Source: Octopus sinensis
Taxonomy: Eukaryota
Direction: 5' to 3'
Assembly: GCF_006345805.1 (NCBI RefSeq)
Contig: NC_043002.1
Coordinates: forward strand, 40,548,001-40,612,000
DNA length: 64,000 nucleotides
Below, piece after piece: positions 39,815 to 54,378 of the stretch (position 1 is the stretch's first letter; each line of letters starts with the position of its first letter). The notes beneath the pieces were generated by a model that was given only the letters and a program-made list of their open reading frames with translations, did no database searches and was not told the origin of the DNA. Made by a program: the position numbers and the translations under genes.

Positions 39815-41836
39815 GATAGATAGATAGATAGATAAAGATAGTTATGGCCAGTTCATAGGGTTACCCTTCAAAATCTGAAGAGAGGTTATAGGCCACCAGT
39901 CATTAGGGTCTGACAAGATGTATGTAAAACCAAGAGGTTTATGGATGTGAAACCATGGGTAACCGGTCATAACTATCTTAATCCATCCGTGTTCTTTCTT
40001 TATGTAAACACCTAACCTGAAACTTACAATCGATCATGAAACTGCATACTGGCATGCATGGGCAAATAACTTCATATACAAGTATATTTATATGTATGTG
40101 CATATTGATATGTTCATGTATCTGTATATCTAAGTGTTTGGACATGTTTGTATATGCATAGATAAATGCGGGAGTGTCTGCATATGGTATATACACAGAC
40201 AGATATGATGATCTTGACCCCGACTTGGTGTCCTCATTATTAAAATAGCTTGATTCAGGTGAATCCTACAATTAATTGATAATATGACCCTCACAAAGAG
40301 AAAGGATTTTCTTCTCCAACACTTCTGGTACTTTGACTGCCTTACACAAAGGATAAACTAACTTAGAATTTTCACTAAAGGATATTGCTTTCCACAGAAA
40401 AGATGTGTGTGTGTGTGTGTGCGTGCGCGAATGGGTGCATTGGTGGATAAATTTTTTTTATTTGTGTATTAAAGCTACCATTGGTTTCATGTTAAGAAAA
40501 ATATCTTCATATCTTAACAATTTTTCAAGCCGATCACATGGAGATTTTTTTGACCAGTTGAAAATGTCATTGTTCAAGACTTGGAGTTCCAGGCAAAACA
40601 AACTTTATAACATACACACACACGCACATATACACACACACACATATATACACATGCACATACACAAGAGGAGTTGGTTCCTTCTATTTTTTTTTTTGAG
40701 ATCAAAAATGCTGATAAACTGACACAGACATCTTGTAAGTGGTACTTAAATTATTTGAAAATCTTAACTTTCTTTATTTTTTTCCAAGTTTGAGTAGCAT
40801 TGAAGCATGTATGTAAAGCCTCACATCAACCAGTGTGGTACCACAAACCGATTGTATTAGAAATAATCATGCTGATAAAGTTGTAGCCTTGTAGAGACAT
40901 TGCACTTGACATTGATTGCATCAGTTTAGCTATGTTAGGGAAATGGGGGCCGGTTTGTATGGAAGATTAAAGCTGATATAGACAATTATTGTAATCAGAA
41001 GATTAATCTCAATGGAAACCAGGAGATAAGCAATGATTATAGAAGATACAGTAGGCATGTGGAAGGATATCAATAATTCTCTCAATATCATTTATTATTG
41101 AGAAGGAATAAAATGATATTAAAGTAAGATAAAAATTGGAGATATTTTTAGAAACATTTCCTTTTATTCATGTCAGTTTGTTCAATGAAGTTGGTGTGGG
41201 GCTGCAGAGAACTAACCAATCAAATCAATTCATCTATCAGCCAACAAAGAATTCTCTATGAGGTTGCTGAACCTAGCAGAATTAGCAGTCAAAGATTGAA
41301 GACATCACATAATGTAGTCCTCAATAGATGCGCTACCTGAATAAAAGACTGGATGGTCATATATAGAATGCTTTTGACCATGGGTACACTGAAACAGAGC
41401 TGACCTGTGAGTAATTAACAACTTATTAACAAATTATGATGATGATAATAATGATGATGATGATGGTGGTGGTGATGGTGATGATGATGACAATGATAAT
41501 GATGATGTTGATGATGATGATAATGATAATGATGATGGTGTTGATGATATCATCATCACAAAACTGGATCACTAAAATTCACCATAAAAGAATCTTTTTC
41601 CTGAATTCTTACCCAAAGATCACCAATACCAATCTCTTAGAAAACTTAGTTTCATTAAATAATTAATTTCAATGAAATAACACTGACTTACAATATCTCT
41701 TAGTTTCCCTGTTTTTTATAACATTTCTAAACTCCAGTTTATGCCCGTTGTTTCTGACATTGGTGAAATAAGTCTTCCTAATACTGACTACTATATTCTA
41801 ATGAGATTGGTGTGTGTGTGAGTATATATTTATATA

Positions 41837-42167
41837 CAGTTGTCTAAAATCCACGAGTAAAAATAAAAAGTAACAGACACTCATACATTTGGTAATAGAG
41901 TGGCTATATTATTAATAATATAATATTATATAGCAATTTAGCCGAAAGGAATAGTATAGCCATTTTAATCTTTTTAGCTATTTCTGATGATTACTAGATT
42001 TAGATCTTAGTATCTGGCATGAAACCATTTGACAATTTGGCTATCATGAGACAACAATACAATATTATTTAGATAATGATAATGATGATGATGATGATAG
42101 TAATATAGCCACTCTATTACCTAATATATGAGTGCCTTTTTTTGTCTGATGCATTTTTAGACAATTA
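41837..42167. mobile_element. Tc1-like MITE (old)
   Basis: TA|CAGTTGTCTAAAA start, ttttagacaatta|TA end, subterminal IR ggtaatagagtggctatatta. Confidence 0.6.
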
Positions 42168-42979
42168 TATATATAATGTTGATTGCCTGTTTATGATCTT
42201 GCTCTACTATACATATACCAGCTCAATTGATACATTGCTTGTAGCCAATCTTCTTTAGGGAGGCATCACATCCCTGCACTTAAAGCTAGAGTTTAAACAC
42301 AAATTCAGTCTGAGCACTCATAGTAATGTACCTGTTGTGTCATTTGAAATCTTACTACCCACAACTTATATATAGTAAAAATAAGCTAGACTTGTAAAAA
42401 AATAGTGCAAAAAGGGTGGTGAACCTTGCTCAAGCATACACATAGAAAAGTTCTTTGGTTGTATTTATCAGTGAAGTGTTGTAATTAGAATACTACTCAA
42501 GACAAAGAATTGCCTTTCAAAATGCTGATCGTTTAATGACCTACTTTCAAATCTACGTTTGCAGAAAGATTTCTTAAAGAGCAACTAGAACTGGACCCCC
42601 CCCCCCCCCAAAAAAAAAATCAACTTAACCTTTACAATATCCAAATAATATCATATGATAAATAATTCAGTTATTAAAAAATGTAATTTCCAGAGATGGT
42701 CACCACATAGGAATTATAATTAAAAGGTATGGAATAAAAACTGAAACAAATAAGATAGAGGAATAAATAGAAGGGTAAAAACAATCACATTTTCTCTATT
42801 AGAATTATTTAATGAGTTGCTTTTCTTTAACACTTAGTATCTATTAATATGGATGAATGGTAATTCCTGATATTCATAAGAGTGATTTACTTAAAATTCA
42901 CTTTGTCTACTATTTTTTAAACCTTTGTCTTGTTTTATTTCATTTGATTTTTGCTTACATTTTTTAAACTGATATTTCC

Positions 42980-43015
<36 letters not shown>

Positions 43016-43604
43016 GTGCATGTTATGTGTGTGTGTGTGCGTGTGTAAATATATGTAAATATATATAAACATGTGTATACACACTATTATAATTGCCTTA
43101 TTTGATAATGAAAATACTTTATTTTCTGTGTTATTTTAGTAGTGAGATAATTTTCTTCTTTAAAAAAAAAATCTTTATTTTTTTTTTGTCTTGTTTCTAA
43201 AAAAAATCACTTAAATTGTATTGTAAATAGATTAACAAGAAAAGTAATGAAGGAAGAAAATATATCAGAAAAAAAAAGAAAAGCACAAAAAGAAATCATT
43301 GAAAAAAAAAATGGAAGAAAGAATAAAGAGACAGAAAAAAGAAAGAGAGAAAGAAAAAGCAGTTTTAGAGGAAATTATGTTGAAATGCAAGAAACACTGG
43401 AGTATGAAGTTAGAAGAATTAACTTCAGCAATACAAAGTCATTTATATGGAGAGAACCAAAATAGAACATTGTTGTTTTCCCAAAGTTATTAAATGTTAA
43501 TAAAAATGGATTCTTTGGTTATTATTATTTCAGTATACATCCATATATAAACATATATATATTTATATTCATATATATATATATATAATTTTTTTTTTAC
43601 TTAC

Positions 43605-43675
43605 TGCAATCTTTTCACATATCGATTTGCTATCATAATTTCTGCAAGAGTACATTCCAATTTTCCAAGGAAGTC
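43605..43675 (-). CDS. CPNE8: Copine exon (71 nt), DFLGKLECTLAEIMIANRYVKRL, transcript-downstream copy
   Basis: Acceptor atttcttattgatttcattgcag, donor GTAAGT. Matches copine C2A DFLGxxxCTLGEIV. Confidence 0.9.
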
Positions 43676-45198
43676 CTGCAATGAAATCAATAAGAAATGA
43701 CATTGTGAGATTAGTGATCTCAGAAGAAGACTGATGACAAATATGCGACAGCAATTTTTCTGGCATTGTTTAAGAATAGCAAGCAGGATAAATGTCTTTG
43801 TAAATTCTGTCACAGCAATGTCCCTTGACTGTGGCATGGCAGTTAGATTGTTAGATTTCTGGTTGCTCAAAATAGGTGCAATCTTAAGAAAGAAGCCAAG
43901 AATTTTTACTCCAGTTCTTTAATCTTTCTAAAATAGCACAAACTATTTCTGCTTTAAGATACACATTCTGTTCTTTAAAACAAGAAATATTGCTGGAAGG
44001 TCTTTCCAGTCATTACTCATTTTGTAAAGAAACGCTGTATATAAACAGAGTGTATAAATACTGCTCATAAACAATGTGCCTAAACACTTCTTGTTTTATA
44101 TTCCCCCCCCCCATTGATAACTAATTATTTTACTAACATACTGGCAGCAGCGGTGGTGGTAGCAGCTTTATCTCTTTTCCTTCTTTGCTGAACGCTTTCT
44201 TTATGCTAATACTGTTGATGACTCTGGAGACCAATTCTTGCATAAAAGAGTGAATGGCATTGACTGCATGGCAATGTTGGTGGAGGGTGAGGTTGATTTT
44301 TTTGAACTTCTCTCTCCTGTTGTTTGACAGGATAACTAATATATACCATTAATTTAATTACTTAACTACACATACATACAGGAAATACATAAATCTAATG
44401 GTTAGGTTCAGACTACAAAAACCTCAACATGACATTGACATTTTCTCCTGCTGTAGCAACTGTGCTAGAATTCAGCCAACATAAAGTCATTATTTTGCAA
44501 CACATATTAGCTTCATTGATATTTGCTATGTCTCTTAGCAACAATTTTCTAATTCTTGGAACCAATCATAATAGTTATTATGAATACCAAATTTTGTATA
44601 AGTAAAAATTGGATTGATATTACCCTCTTTGTTTTATTTTGGCCCTATTAGACGGAAAACAAAGGACAGAATTTAGAGCCATTCTAGGCCCTCCTGTACT
44701 GATAGGGCTGGATTAAAGTCTAAGCACAGTCCAACAGTGGTTAACCCATGACCTTTCCATTGATTAACTGACAAGTTATTGAGACATAATTGAAATGATT
44801 GATTAATAAGCAATTTTTTCCTCCAAACCATCCAATAAGCCAAATTCCACACTTATGATTGATTGATTCTAGTTTCAGCTCACGAGCTGTGGCCATGCTG
44901 GGGCACCGCCATTATGTACATATATACATACAAACATACATATCTATATGTACACACACACATGCACATACATACACACAAATAAATACATGTGTGTGTG
45001 AGTTTAGAAGGATATATTATATGGGTGGATATTGTGGTAGCTTTCAGCTATGTTCCAGCCAAGCTGGTTGAAAGATCCTGAACAAAGCTGCACAGAAAAT
45101 CATGCCGGGTTGCTTGTGCAACAGCGCATACTCTATACAGTGGAAACACATGATGATGATGATGATATATATATATATATAATTTTTTTTTTACTTAC

Positions 45199-45269
45199 TG
45201 CAATCTTTTCACATATCGATTTGCTATCATAATTTCTGCAAGAGTACATTCCAATTTTCCAAGGAAGTC
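45199..45269 (-). CDS. CPNE8: Copine exon (71 nt), identical transcript-upstream copy
   Basis: Same sequence and splice sites, inside the duplicated unit. Confidence 0.8.
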
Positions 45270-47059
45270 CTGCAATGAAATCAATAAGAAATGACATTGT
45301 GAGATTAGTGATCTCAGAAGAAGACTGATGACAAATATGCGACAGCAATTTTTCTGGCATTGTTTAAGAATAGCAAGCAGGATAAATGTCTTTGTAAATT
45401 CTGTCACAGCAATGTCCCTTGACTGTGGCATGGCAGTTAGATTGTTAGATTTCTGGTTGCTCAAAATAGGTGCAATCTTAAGAAAGAAGCCAAGAATTTT
45501 TACTCCAGTTCTTTAATCTTTCTAAAATAGCACAAACTATTTCTGCTTTAAGATACACATTCTGTTCTTTAAAACAAGAAATATTGCTGGAAGGTCTTTC
45601 CAGTCATTACTCATTTTGTAAAGAAACGCTGTATATAAACAGAGTGTATAAATACTGCTCATAAACAATGTGCCTAAACACTTCTTGTTTTATATTCCCC
45701 CCCCCCATTGATAACTAATTATTTTACTAACATACTGGCAGCAGCGGTGGTGGTAGCAGCTTTATCTCTTTTCCTTCTTTGCTGAACGCTTTCTTTATGC
45801 TAATACTGTTGATGACTCTGGAGACCAATTCTTGCATAAAAGAGTGAATGGCATTGACTGCATGGCAATGTTGGTGGAGGGTGAGGTTGATTTTTTTGAA
45901 CTTCTCTCTCCTGTTGTTTGACAGGATAACTAATATATACCATTAATTTAATTACTTAACTACACATACATACAGGAAATACATAAATCTAATGGTTAGG
46001 TTCAGACTACAAAAACCTCAACATGACATTGACATTTTCTCCTGCTGTAGCAACTGTGCTAGAATTCAGCCAACATAAAGTCATTATTTTGCAACACATA
46101 TTAGCTTCATTGATATTTGCTATGTCTCTTAGCAACAATTTTCTAATTCTTGGAACCAATCATAATAGTTATTATGAATACCAAATTTTGTATAAGTAAA
46201 AATTGGATTGATATTACCCTCTTTGTTTTATTTTGGCCCTATTAGACGGAAAACAAAGGACAGAATTTAGAGCCATTCTAGGCCCTCCTGTACTGATAGG
46301 GCTGGATTAAAGTCTAAGCACAGTCCAACAGTGGTTAACCCATGACCTTTCCATTGATTAACTGACAAGTTATTGAGACATAATTGAAATGATTGATTAA
46401 TAAGCAATTTTTTCCTCCAAACCATCCAATAAGCCAAATTCCACACTTATGATTGATTGATTCTAGTTTCAGCTCACGAGCTGTGGCCATGCTGGGGCAC
46501 CGCCATTATGTACATATATACATACAAACATACATATCTATATGTACACACACACATGCACATACATACACACAAATAAATACATGTGTGTGTGAGTTTA
46601 GAAGGATATATTATATGGGTGGATATTGTGGTAGCTTTCAGCTATGTTCCAGCCAAGCTGGTTGAAAGATCCTGAACAAAGCTGCACAGAAAATCATGCC
46701 GGGTTGCTTGTGCAACAGCGCATACTCTATACAGTGGAAACACATGATGATGATGATGATATATATATATATATATCAGGCATTATATTGTTAAATATGT
46801 TTTCCCTTTATTTAAATGACAGGATGGTATTTGAGGGAAATTTGGCTGCTATTTGTGGCAAGTCAAGCAGCCTCATAATTGCTCCTTCATTGGTTTAGCG
46901 TAATGCTGCCATGTTGTTTTTTGGATGAATAATATTAAATGACAATGATGATGAACACTCAAAGACTATGGAAGCTTAATGTGGAGAGAATGGACAATGA
47001 AAAAATGAATACAAATATGTTAGTGGTCGATTGTTGTTGTCATTAATGGCAGTGGAGTG

Positions 47060-47800
47060 GTATGACAGTAAGAAGTAAACAATAATAATAATAATAATAA
47101 TTAGAAGAAGAAGAAGAAGAAGAAGAAGAAGAAAGAAGAAGAAAAACCAGAGGAGAAGGAGGAGAATAATTTATACATATCTAAGAAACATTGTGATAAA
47201 GAAAAGAAGTAACCAAACATAGATAGCAACAGGTGGGGAGAGGCAATTTTCCAGATTCATATACAATGCCAAATAGTGGCAGTAACAAAATCAGTAAGAA
47301 TGGCAGCAGTAGTAGTAGTTGTAGTTGTAGGAGCTATAAGGATGGTAGTGGCAGTGGTAGAGGGGATGAATGATAACAACATATGTAACAACAATAATGA
47401 TGATGATGCTGCTGCTGATTAGTGACGATGATGTTGGTGATGGTCAAGATGATGATGATGGTGATAGTAATGGTCATAATGATGGTGACATCAATGATGG
47501 TGGTGGTGGTGGTAATGATGATAAAAATAATATTTGACTTTTGGCTGATAATGATGATGCTGACAACAACAACAGTAATATGGTAATGGTGATCATAACA
47601 GCAAAATCTGTACTAGCAATAATGACGATGACAACGATGACGATGATAGCGGTAGTGGTGGTGTTGATGATGATAATGGTGATGCTGGTGTTGGTGATGA
47701 TGATGATAATAGTGATGATGGTGGAGACAACAACAAATGATATTGGTGGTGGTGGTGGTGGTAATGATGATGAAAATAATATTAACTTTTGGCAACAGAA
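47060..47800. repeat. Mixed trinucleotide low-complexity tract (AAT/GAA/GAT/GGT)
   Basis: Direct reading. Confidence 0.9.
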
Positions 47801-48414
47801 ACAGCTAATCATGAATTTGTCTTAAGGAAATATATTTTCTTTCCTAAATAGAACCTGGTTATTGTTAATTAGAATTTGATGTAATCTGTAAATATTTAGA
47901 ATGTAAGATACAAAAATCTACAAATACTTTCTAAAATAATGCAATGACAAGCAACAACAACAACAACAACAAAGTATATGTTAAAATTTAATTAAAGATC
48001 CTAATTGAAGTTTATGTAAGGTAAGACCAAAATTAAATTTAGCTTTACAACATGATATAATGTACATTACTGTCCATTGGAAAACATTTTATTCCTTCCA
48101 GTAGATTTTTATTTGTCAGATTCTGTTGAATTCTGCTTGTATCACAGCGAGTCATAAATTAATAACGTTTAGTTGTAATGTTGGCTTATAGTATATTGAT
48201 AGTCTGTTAGTTACATCATCTGAGCAATGTAAAAGCTATCTTGGAAATGATGTTATTGTTAGTAGAGAACCACAGCAGGTTTTGATCAAAGCAGACTTGC
48301 AGCACAGATTTCAGCCAATCAAATATTTAGAAGTGACCCAGAAACAAATTAACATAATGATTGGATTTCTTATTACATTTTGTTTGTTTTTTCTTTCTTT
48401 TTTTTAGAAGAATT

Positions 48415-48860
48415 CTTCTATTCTTTTATTCTTTTACTTGTTTCAGTCATTTGATTGCAGCCATACTGCAGTACCACCTTGAAGTGTTTTAGTCAACCAA
48501 AGTAACCCCTAGGACTTATTCTGTGTAAGTCTAGTACTTATTCTATCAGTCTCTTTTGCCGAACTGCTATATTACAGGGATGTAAACACGCCAACACTGG
48601 TTGTCAAGTGGTGATGGGGGAGACATACACAGGCACAAAACATCATACAGACATATACAAACGCATGCTTGTTTGTGCATAAGCACATTTGTGTGTGCAT
48701 GTATATAGGATGCAGGCATGGCTGTGTTTACTTCACAATCATGTGATTTCTGGTTCAGTCCCACAACATTGCACCTTGGGCAAATATCTTTTACTATAGC
48801 CCCAGACCAGCCAAAACCTGGCGAGTGGATTTGGCAGATGGAAATTGAAAAGCCTATCAT
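48415..48860. mobile_element. SINE B block (minus) next to an A head (plus)
   Basis: Family motifs. Confidence 0.7.
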
Positions 48861-48896
48861 ATATGTGCGTTGTGTGTGTGTGTGCGCGCGCGTGCG

Positions 48897-48935
<39 letters not shown>

Positions 48936-51900
48936 ACATGTGCTAGCCTCTTTGCTTTGACATCATGTTGCCTAACAGTAGAAGATGGAAAATGAATCAA
49001 GAGAACTAGAGTAAAATAAATTTAGTATGATCTGTTGGATGTGTAGTGTTAATTTAAGAGAATAGTTAAATGAAATTAGCAGAAAAGGCAACCATGCTGG
49101 ATTGGGTATATAATGTAAATAGATGGTACAAACTGGATGGAAAAGATGTTATGTATTGATGAACCTTGTAGCAAAGAAAGACGAAGGAAAACTTGGGAGG
49201 GAGTAATCAAATCACTTCTGAGAATGTTGGAGTTCATAAGCAAGATGACACAAGATCGATAAAGATAATACAAAGATCAATGATAAGGTCAATACTAGTC
49301 AATACAGATGCTATACTGTAGACCTTACCACCTCATGCCAGTATGGGAAAATAGATTTTAAATGGTGTGATAAGGATGATCATTATGATGACCTAATACT
49401 GCTACTGCTCTCAATGATGATGATGATGATGAAACTTGTTATATCAATATTCTATATTGGAATTGGAGTAACACAATTCATTGTCATGGTTACATAAATA
49501 TTCTGTGTCACATATACACTTACTTCCATGATATACCTCTTGAAACTGATTTCATCCAATCAGTAACAATTATTTTTCATACATAGTATGATGGATACCT
49601 TAGCAGTTTGTGTACAGAAAAAAAAAAAAGAAATTTTTTGGGGGCTTATGGCTTAAGCCAAGCTCTTGAATTTCATTGGACTTCATTTATGTGTACATGG
49701 TAGAGGCTATGGTTTTTACCTAATTATGTGTACATAGTAGAGACTATGATTTTTACCTAGATGTTGACACTAAAAGGGAACGTTCCTTTTTAATGTCAAT
49801 ATTTGATTAGATGAAAACAAGGTCCAATGAAATTCAAGAGCTCGACTTGAAAAAAAGCTGAAAAACACTGTGATCATTTTATACAAAAACTGGTAAGACA
49901 ACCACCAAATTATGAAGGAAAAAATGGCTGTCAGTGATTGAACAAAATCAGTGTTGAGCTGTATCATCAAAGTGTGTATGTGACCCAATGCATTGACATT
50001 ATGAAGGCTGACAACAGTAAGCTATGCTGCAACAGAATCATCCATATTCCATTTTATTTTTTGTCTTTATGTGGGGGAATTGCTCTTATGGATGAATGTC
50101 TCTACTGATAAAATAAGAATAAATAATTCAATAGAGAGGGCAAGGGTTACATTTGATTTATTAAATTTATTAACAGAGTATTTACACTATGGTGTTCTTG
50201 TTTGTATTAAATGTCAAATATGTCAGTAAAATTGAAACTGGAGCTAAATGAGCAAAGCTAGCTGTAAAACATTTTCTAGAGTTATTTTTATAATTTTATA
50301 TTATATTTAACCCTTTGGTGACTCTATTTCCAGTGAGTAACTACCCATGAATTTAATTTGATTTTCAATTAATAAAGATTTGGAAAATTTCTGTAACTTT
50401 ACATCATTAATAAATTATTTGGTTTTTGACCAACTGACATATCGTTCGTTCATGTTATGAGATTTTGATCAAGATTTTAATTTCACTACAAACACTTTGG
50501 TATGGGTAGTCTCATGTGGGTTAGTATTTAAATGTTTTATATCTGCTTTCTTGTCAAGGTCTTGGTAGCTGACAGTTGTTCATTTTCTAATAATCTTATG
50601 TTTTAATGTTGGCAGAGACTCTTGAGAGATTTTTACTGCTTCATCATTAAAATTTTAAATTTCTTAAATAAACTAATGAAGCAACATAATTTGAACATTT
50701 CCTACTTGACAGGAGCAACTTGTAATGTTAAATACACTAGTACAAATGTAATGAGAATAATAGTGTAGAACAATATATATTGGCTTATAAGTTGTATTCT
50801 TCTTTCATATAACACAGCACGAACAAGTAAATTAATAAGTTACTCTTGGGGGAAATATAAATATCTTTTGTTCAAAAATACCTTCATTTCAGCAATGTTT
50901 TAATTTCCATTTTTTTAAAACTAATTTTCTTAAGATATGCACCAAAGACAAACTGTGATTCTCAAAATTCAATATTTTGTATAGTTCAACCATTATCACA
51001 ATCAATTTTATGTCTTTCAAGAATTGTATTTTTTTTTTCTACCTGCTAGCACATAGAAAATGATGTTTCTATAATCATTAGACATGAAGGGTGCAACAAC
51101 AGAGGTTTGTTTATTTCTGATATCATTTTTGAAACTATTCATGTGTTAAGAAAAATATAATTTGCAGTGACTCATTCAAAAATATTTTCTGCACAGTGAA
51201 ATAATTGGCAAGTTAAAAGAGTAGTGATTCGATTGAAAACACTTTGTGCATAGTCTGAATTTCTCACAAGAAGGTTTTGTTTTATTTTCCATTTGAAGGC
51301 ATCATTTGATTGCTGCCACTGCCACCGCCATCATCAACATCATCATCCCCTAGTATCACATCACCATTGTTAATATTGTCGTTGATAATGAACTAACAAA
51401 AGAGCCTCTATGTGGTCACATGACCTGCTAGAAATATCAACCAAATTCCTCTCAAATTACACCTTACCGTCTTGGAAACAGAAAGGATACATTAGATAAT
51501 ATGGTCTTAGATACACTGCAATGATGATGATGATGATGACTGATAATAATACAAAAGAATTAGAAGTCTTTAGGGATCAACAAGTTCCTCACCAGATGAA
51601 GGTGATTGTTAAGGACAGCAGATGATGTTATGGTCATAGGGTGGATGAATGAATGAATGAAGATAAAATCCCCGATTCTTGGAGATTATCTTTAATAAAT
51701 TTATTGAAGTTATATTGTTCACATTATCAGTCTACTAGAAGCAGAAGATAGTAAAGTTTTTTTTATTAAAATATACCAAGTAAATTCTGATGTTCTGCCA
51801 ACTAACAGATTTTAGACAAAGTTCCTAATATTGTCCCACTAAGCAGACTTGCTCTAAATTCACAACATGAAGACAAAAGTTGTAGTGGTGTATCTACAAT

Positions 51901-52410
51901 CCAATAGATATGCCATTAACTATCACCTAAATTAAAAGGTATTCTTAAAGGTTCTTGTAGTTTAACTCCAGGTTAATGTTGGATAGGCAGATCTAAATTC
52001 AAAGGTGCTACAATACTCATGCTTTTTTAAGTGTATAAAAGACTTCATTTTCTAATGTGATCTTACTCTTTTAATACAGAAAAATGTGATTTGAGGGAAA
52101 CTTAACTAATATTTCTAGCAGGACAACTGTCTGCATTGAAACTCATTGGCTTATCTTGTCAAGGGACAGTTAACAGGTGATAAACTGGAATGTGTTTATG
52201 TATAGGGTGTATCTGTAGCATACACACACAAACACAATTACGTATGTATGTATGTTCATGTCTTGCCTCCTGCGTACAATCTACTGAACAAACAAATATT
52301 CCAAGAAAGTGTTCTTCAAACTAAAACAGAAAAACTAAGACATTTTAATATTTTTTTTCTAGAGAAGTTACAATTTCAAATAAACACAAATTAGAAATGG
52401 CTTTACTTAC

Positions 52411-52450
52411 ATGTTTATCCAAGTTTGCACTTTTGCAATCCACATCATAA
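52411..52450 (-). CDS. CPNE8: Copine exon (40 nt), YDVDCKSANLDKH
   Basis: Acceptor cattctttttttctattacag, donor GTAAGT. Phase 0 end joins DFLG. Matches copine YDVDSKSPNLSKH with the Ca2+-ligand aspartates. Confidence 0.92.
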
Positions 52451-52619
52451 CTGTAATAGAAAAAAAGAATGTTGAAAAGTATTGAAATGAAAAAGTGAAG
52501 ATGAAAACACTTATGTTCTAGAAAATGTAAAGCATACTATTAGAAAATTTATAAATATGACTTAAGTTGGTTGGATTTAAGCATTACCAGATGAAGACTA
52601 TGCTTTGTTTAAATGTGAG

Positions 52620-52641
52620 CACATCTATGTACATATATATA

Positions 52642-52674
<33 letters not shown>

Positions 52675-52747
52675 ATACATATATACATCTATATATATAT
52701 AATATACATCTATATATCTATCTATATCTATCTACCTATCTATCTAT

Positions 52748-52783
<36 letters not shown>

Positions 52784-52812
52784 CACATACATACATACAT
52801 ACATACATACAC

Positions 52813-52862
<50 letters not shown>

Positions 52863-52971
52863 GGGAGAGTTTACGAAAAAAACAAAAGACAAAGACAGGT
52901 GGTGTACAAAACAAACAGATGTATTGTATAATGCTCAGGAATAGAAAAAGTCTTTTACATTTCAAACCTAC

Positions 52972-53021
<50 letters not shown>

Positions 53022-53209
53022 CTATATATATAATACATATATACATCTATATATATATAATATACATCTATATATCTATATATAAATACATATATACATC
53101 TATATATATATAATATACATCTATATATCTATCTATATCTATCTACCTATCTATCTATACATACACACACACACACACATCACATACATACATACATACA
53201 TACATACAT

Positions 53210-53240
<31 letters not shown>

Positions 53241-53354
53241 GGGAGAGTTTACGAAAAAAACAAAAGACAAAGACAGGTGGTGTACAAAACAAACAGATGT
53301 ATTGTATAATGCTCAGGAATAGAAAAAGTCTTTTACATTTCAAACCTACGCTCT

Positions 53355-53430
<76 letters not shown>
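52620..53430. repeat. ~380-bp tandem duplication of a microsatellite-rich unit
   Basis: gggagagtttacg...cctacgctcttctctc occurs identically at ~52863 and ~53241. Confidence 0.85.
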
Positions 53431-53449
<19 letters not shown>

Positions 53450-53630
53450 TCTATCTACATATACGTATATATAGTCAAGGGTAGAGATCCGATGTAATCC
53501 AAGATGGTAATCCAAAGGTATCAAAGGTGTAAGTGTAAGATAATCCTAGAATTAAGGTACTCTGATGTATTGGTTGGATAGATGTGGAAGGTCCATGTAA
53601 GCATGCAATGATAAAAGCAAAGCAAACACA

Positions 53631-53685
<55 letters not shown>

Positions 53686-54049
53686 TCAAGGTATGTCCAT
53701 ATTTAACATTATTAGGTTGATACTCAAGGAAGGAATAAAAATCATAGCATAAAAGTATGATGTCTCAGAGATAATCCTTTGTTTGATACCAGAGGAATGT
53801 TCAGAATAGATTGGGAAGAGAAGGAAGAGATAAAAAGAGAAAAAAAAAAAGAGATGCACAAAAAATGTTCATGGGTAAAGTTAATATATTTGACCTATGA
53901 CCTAACCTACATGAGTTTTTTCCTGGGTCTCTTCTTTTTAATCTTCTGTCTTTTCTCATTTCCCCAGGGATTTTTCTCTGGTATCCGGCAAAGGCTTATA
54001 GCTGAATAATTCTACTTTTACTCCTTAACTTCTTATTCCTTACTTGAGC

Positions 54050-54285
54050 ATCAAACAAATGATACTAGTCTCAAATCTTGGCACAAGGCCAGCAATTTTG
54101 GGGGAGGGGTTAAGTCAATTAAATCCCTGCCCACCCAGGTGCTCAACTGGTACTTATTTTATCAACCCCCTAAAGGATGAAAAGCAAAGTCAACCTTGGC
54201 AGAATTTGAACTCAGAACGTAAAGACAGATGAAATGTCGTTAAGCATTTTGTTTGGCACACTAATGATTCTGTCAGCTCACCCAC
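54050..54285 (-). mobile_element. Deu/Nin-type SINE
   Basis: caactggtacttattttatcaaccccctaaaggatgaaaagcaaagtcaacc. Confidence 0.75.
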
Positions 54286-54324
54286 TAAATAATAATAATA
54301 ATAATAATAATTAAAATAATAATG

Positions 54325-54377
<53 letters not shown>

Positions 54378-54378
<1 letters not shown>

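Larger units (their letters stand above)
43587..46774. repeat. Near-identical tandem duplication, 1594-bp unit, (TA)n at the junctions
   Basis: 43587-45180 versus 45181-46774. Duplicated ORFs are offset by exactly 1594. Confidence 0.97.

Noticed and set aside
41984-42035. CTGATGA...GAAAC as a hammerhead
   Set aside because: No GUH triplet or stem III, and no stem I.
43569-43870. 65- and 89-aa ORFs as standalone genes
   Set aside because: Only the internal 71-nt exon is supported by splice sites and copine homology.
47474-47825. 94- to 112-aa ORFs
   Set aside because: They are trinucleotide low-complexity sequence.
49518-49600. Minus-strand GTAAGT donor as a copine exon end
   Set aside because: Upstream frames contain stops, and there is no copine similarity.
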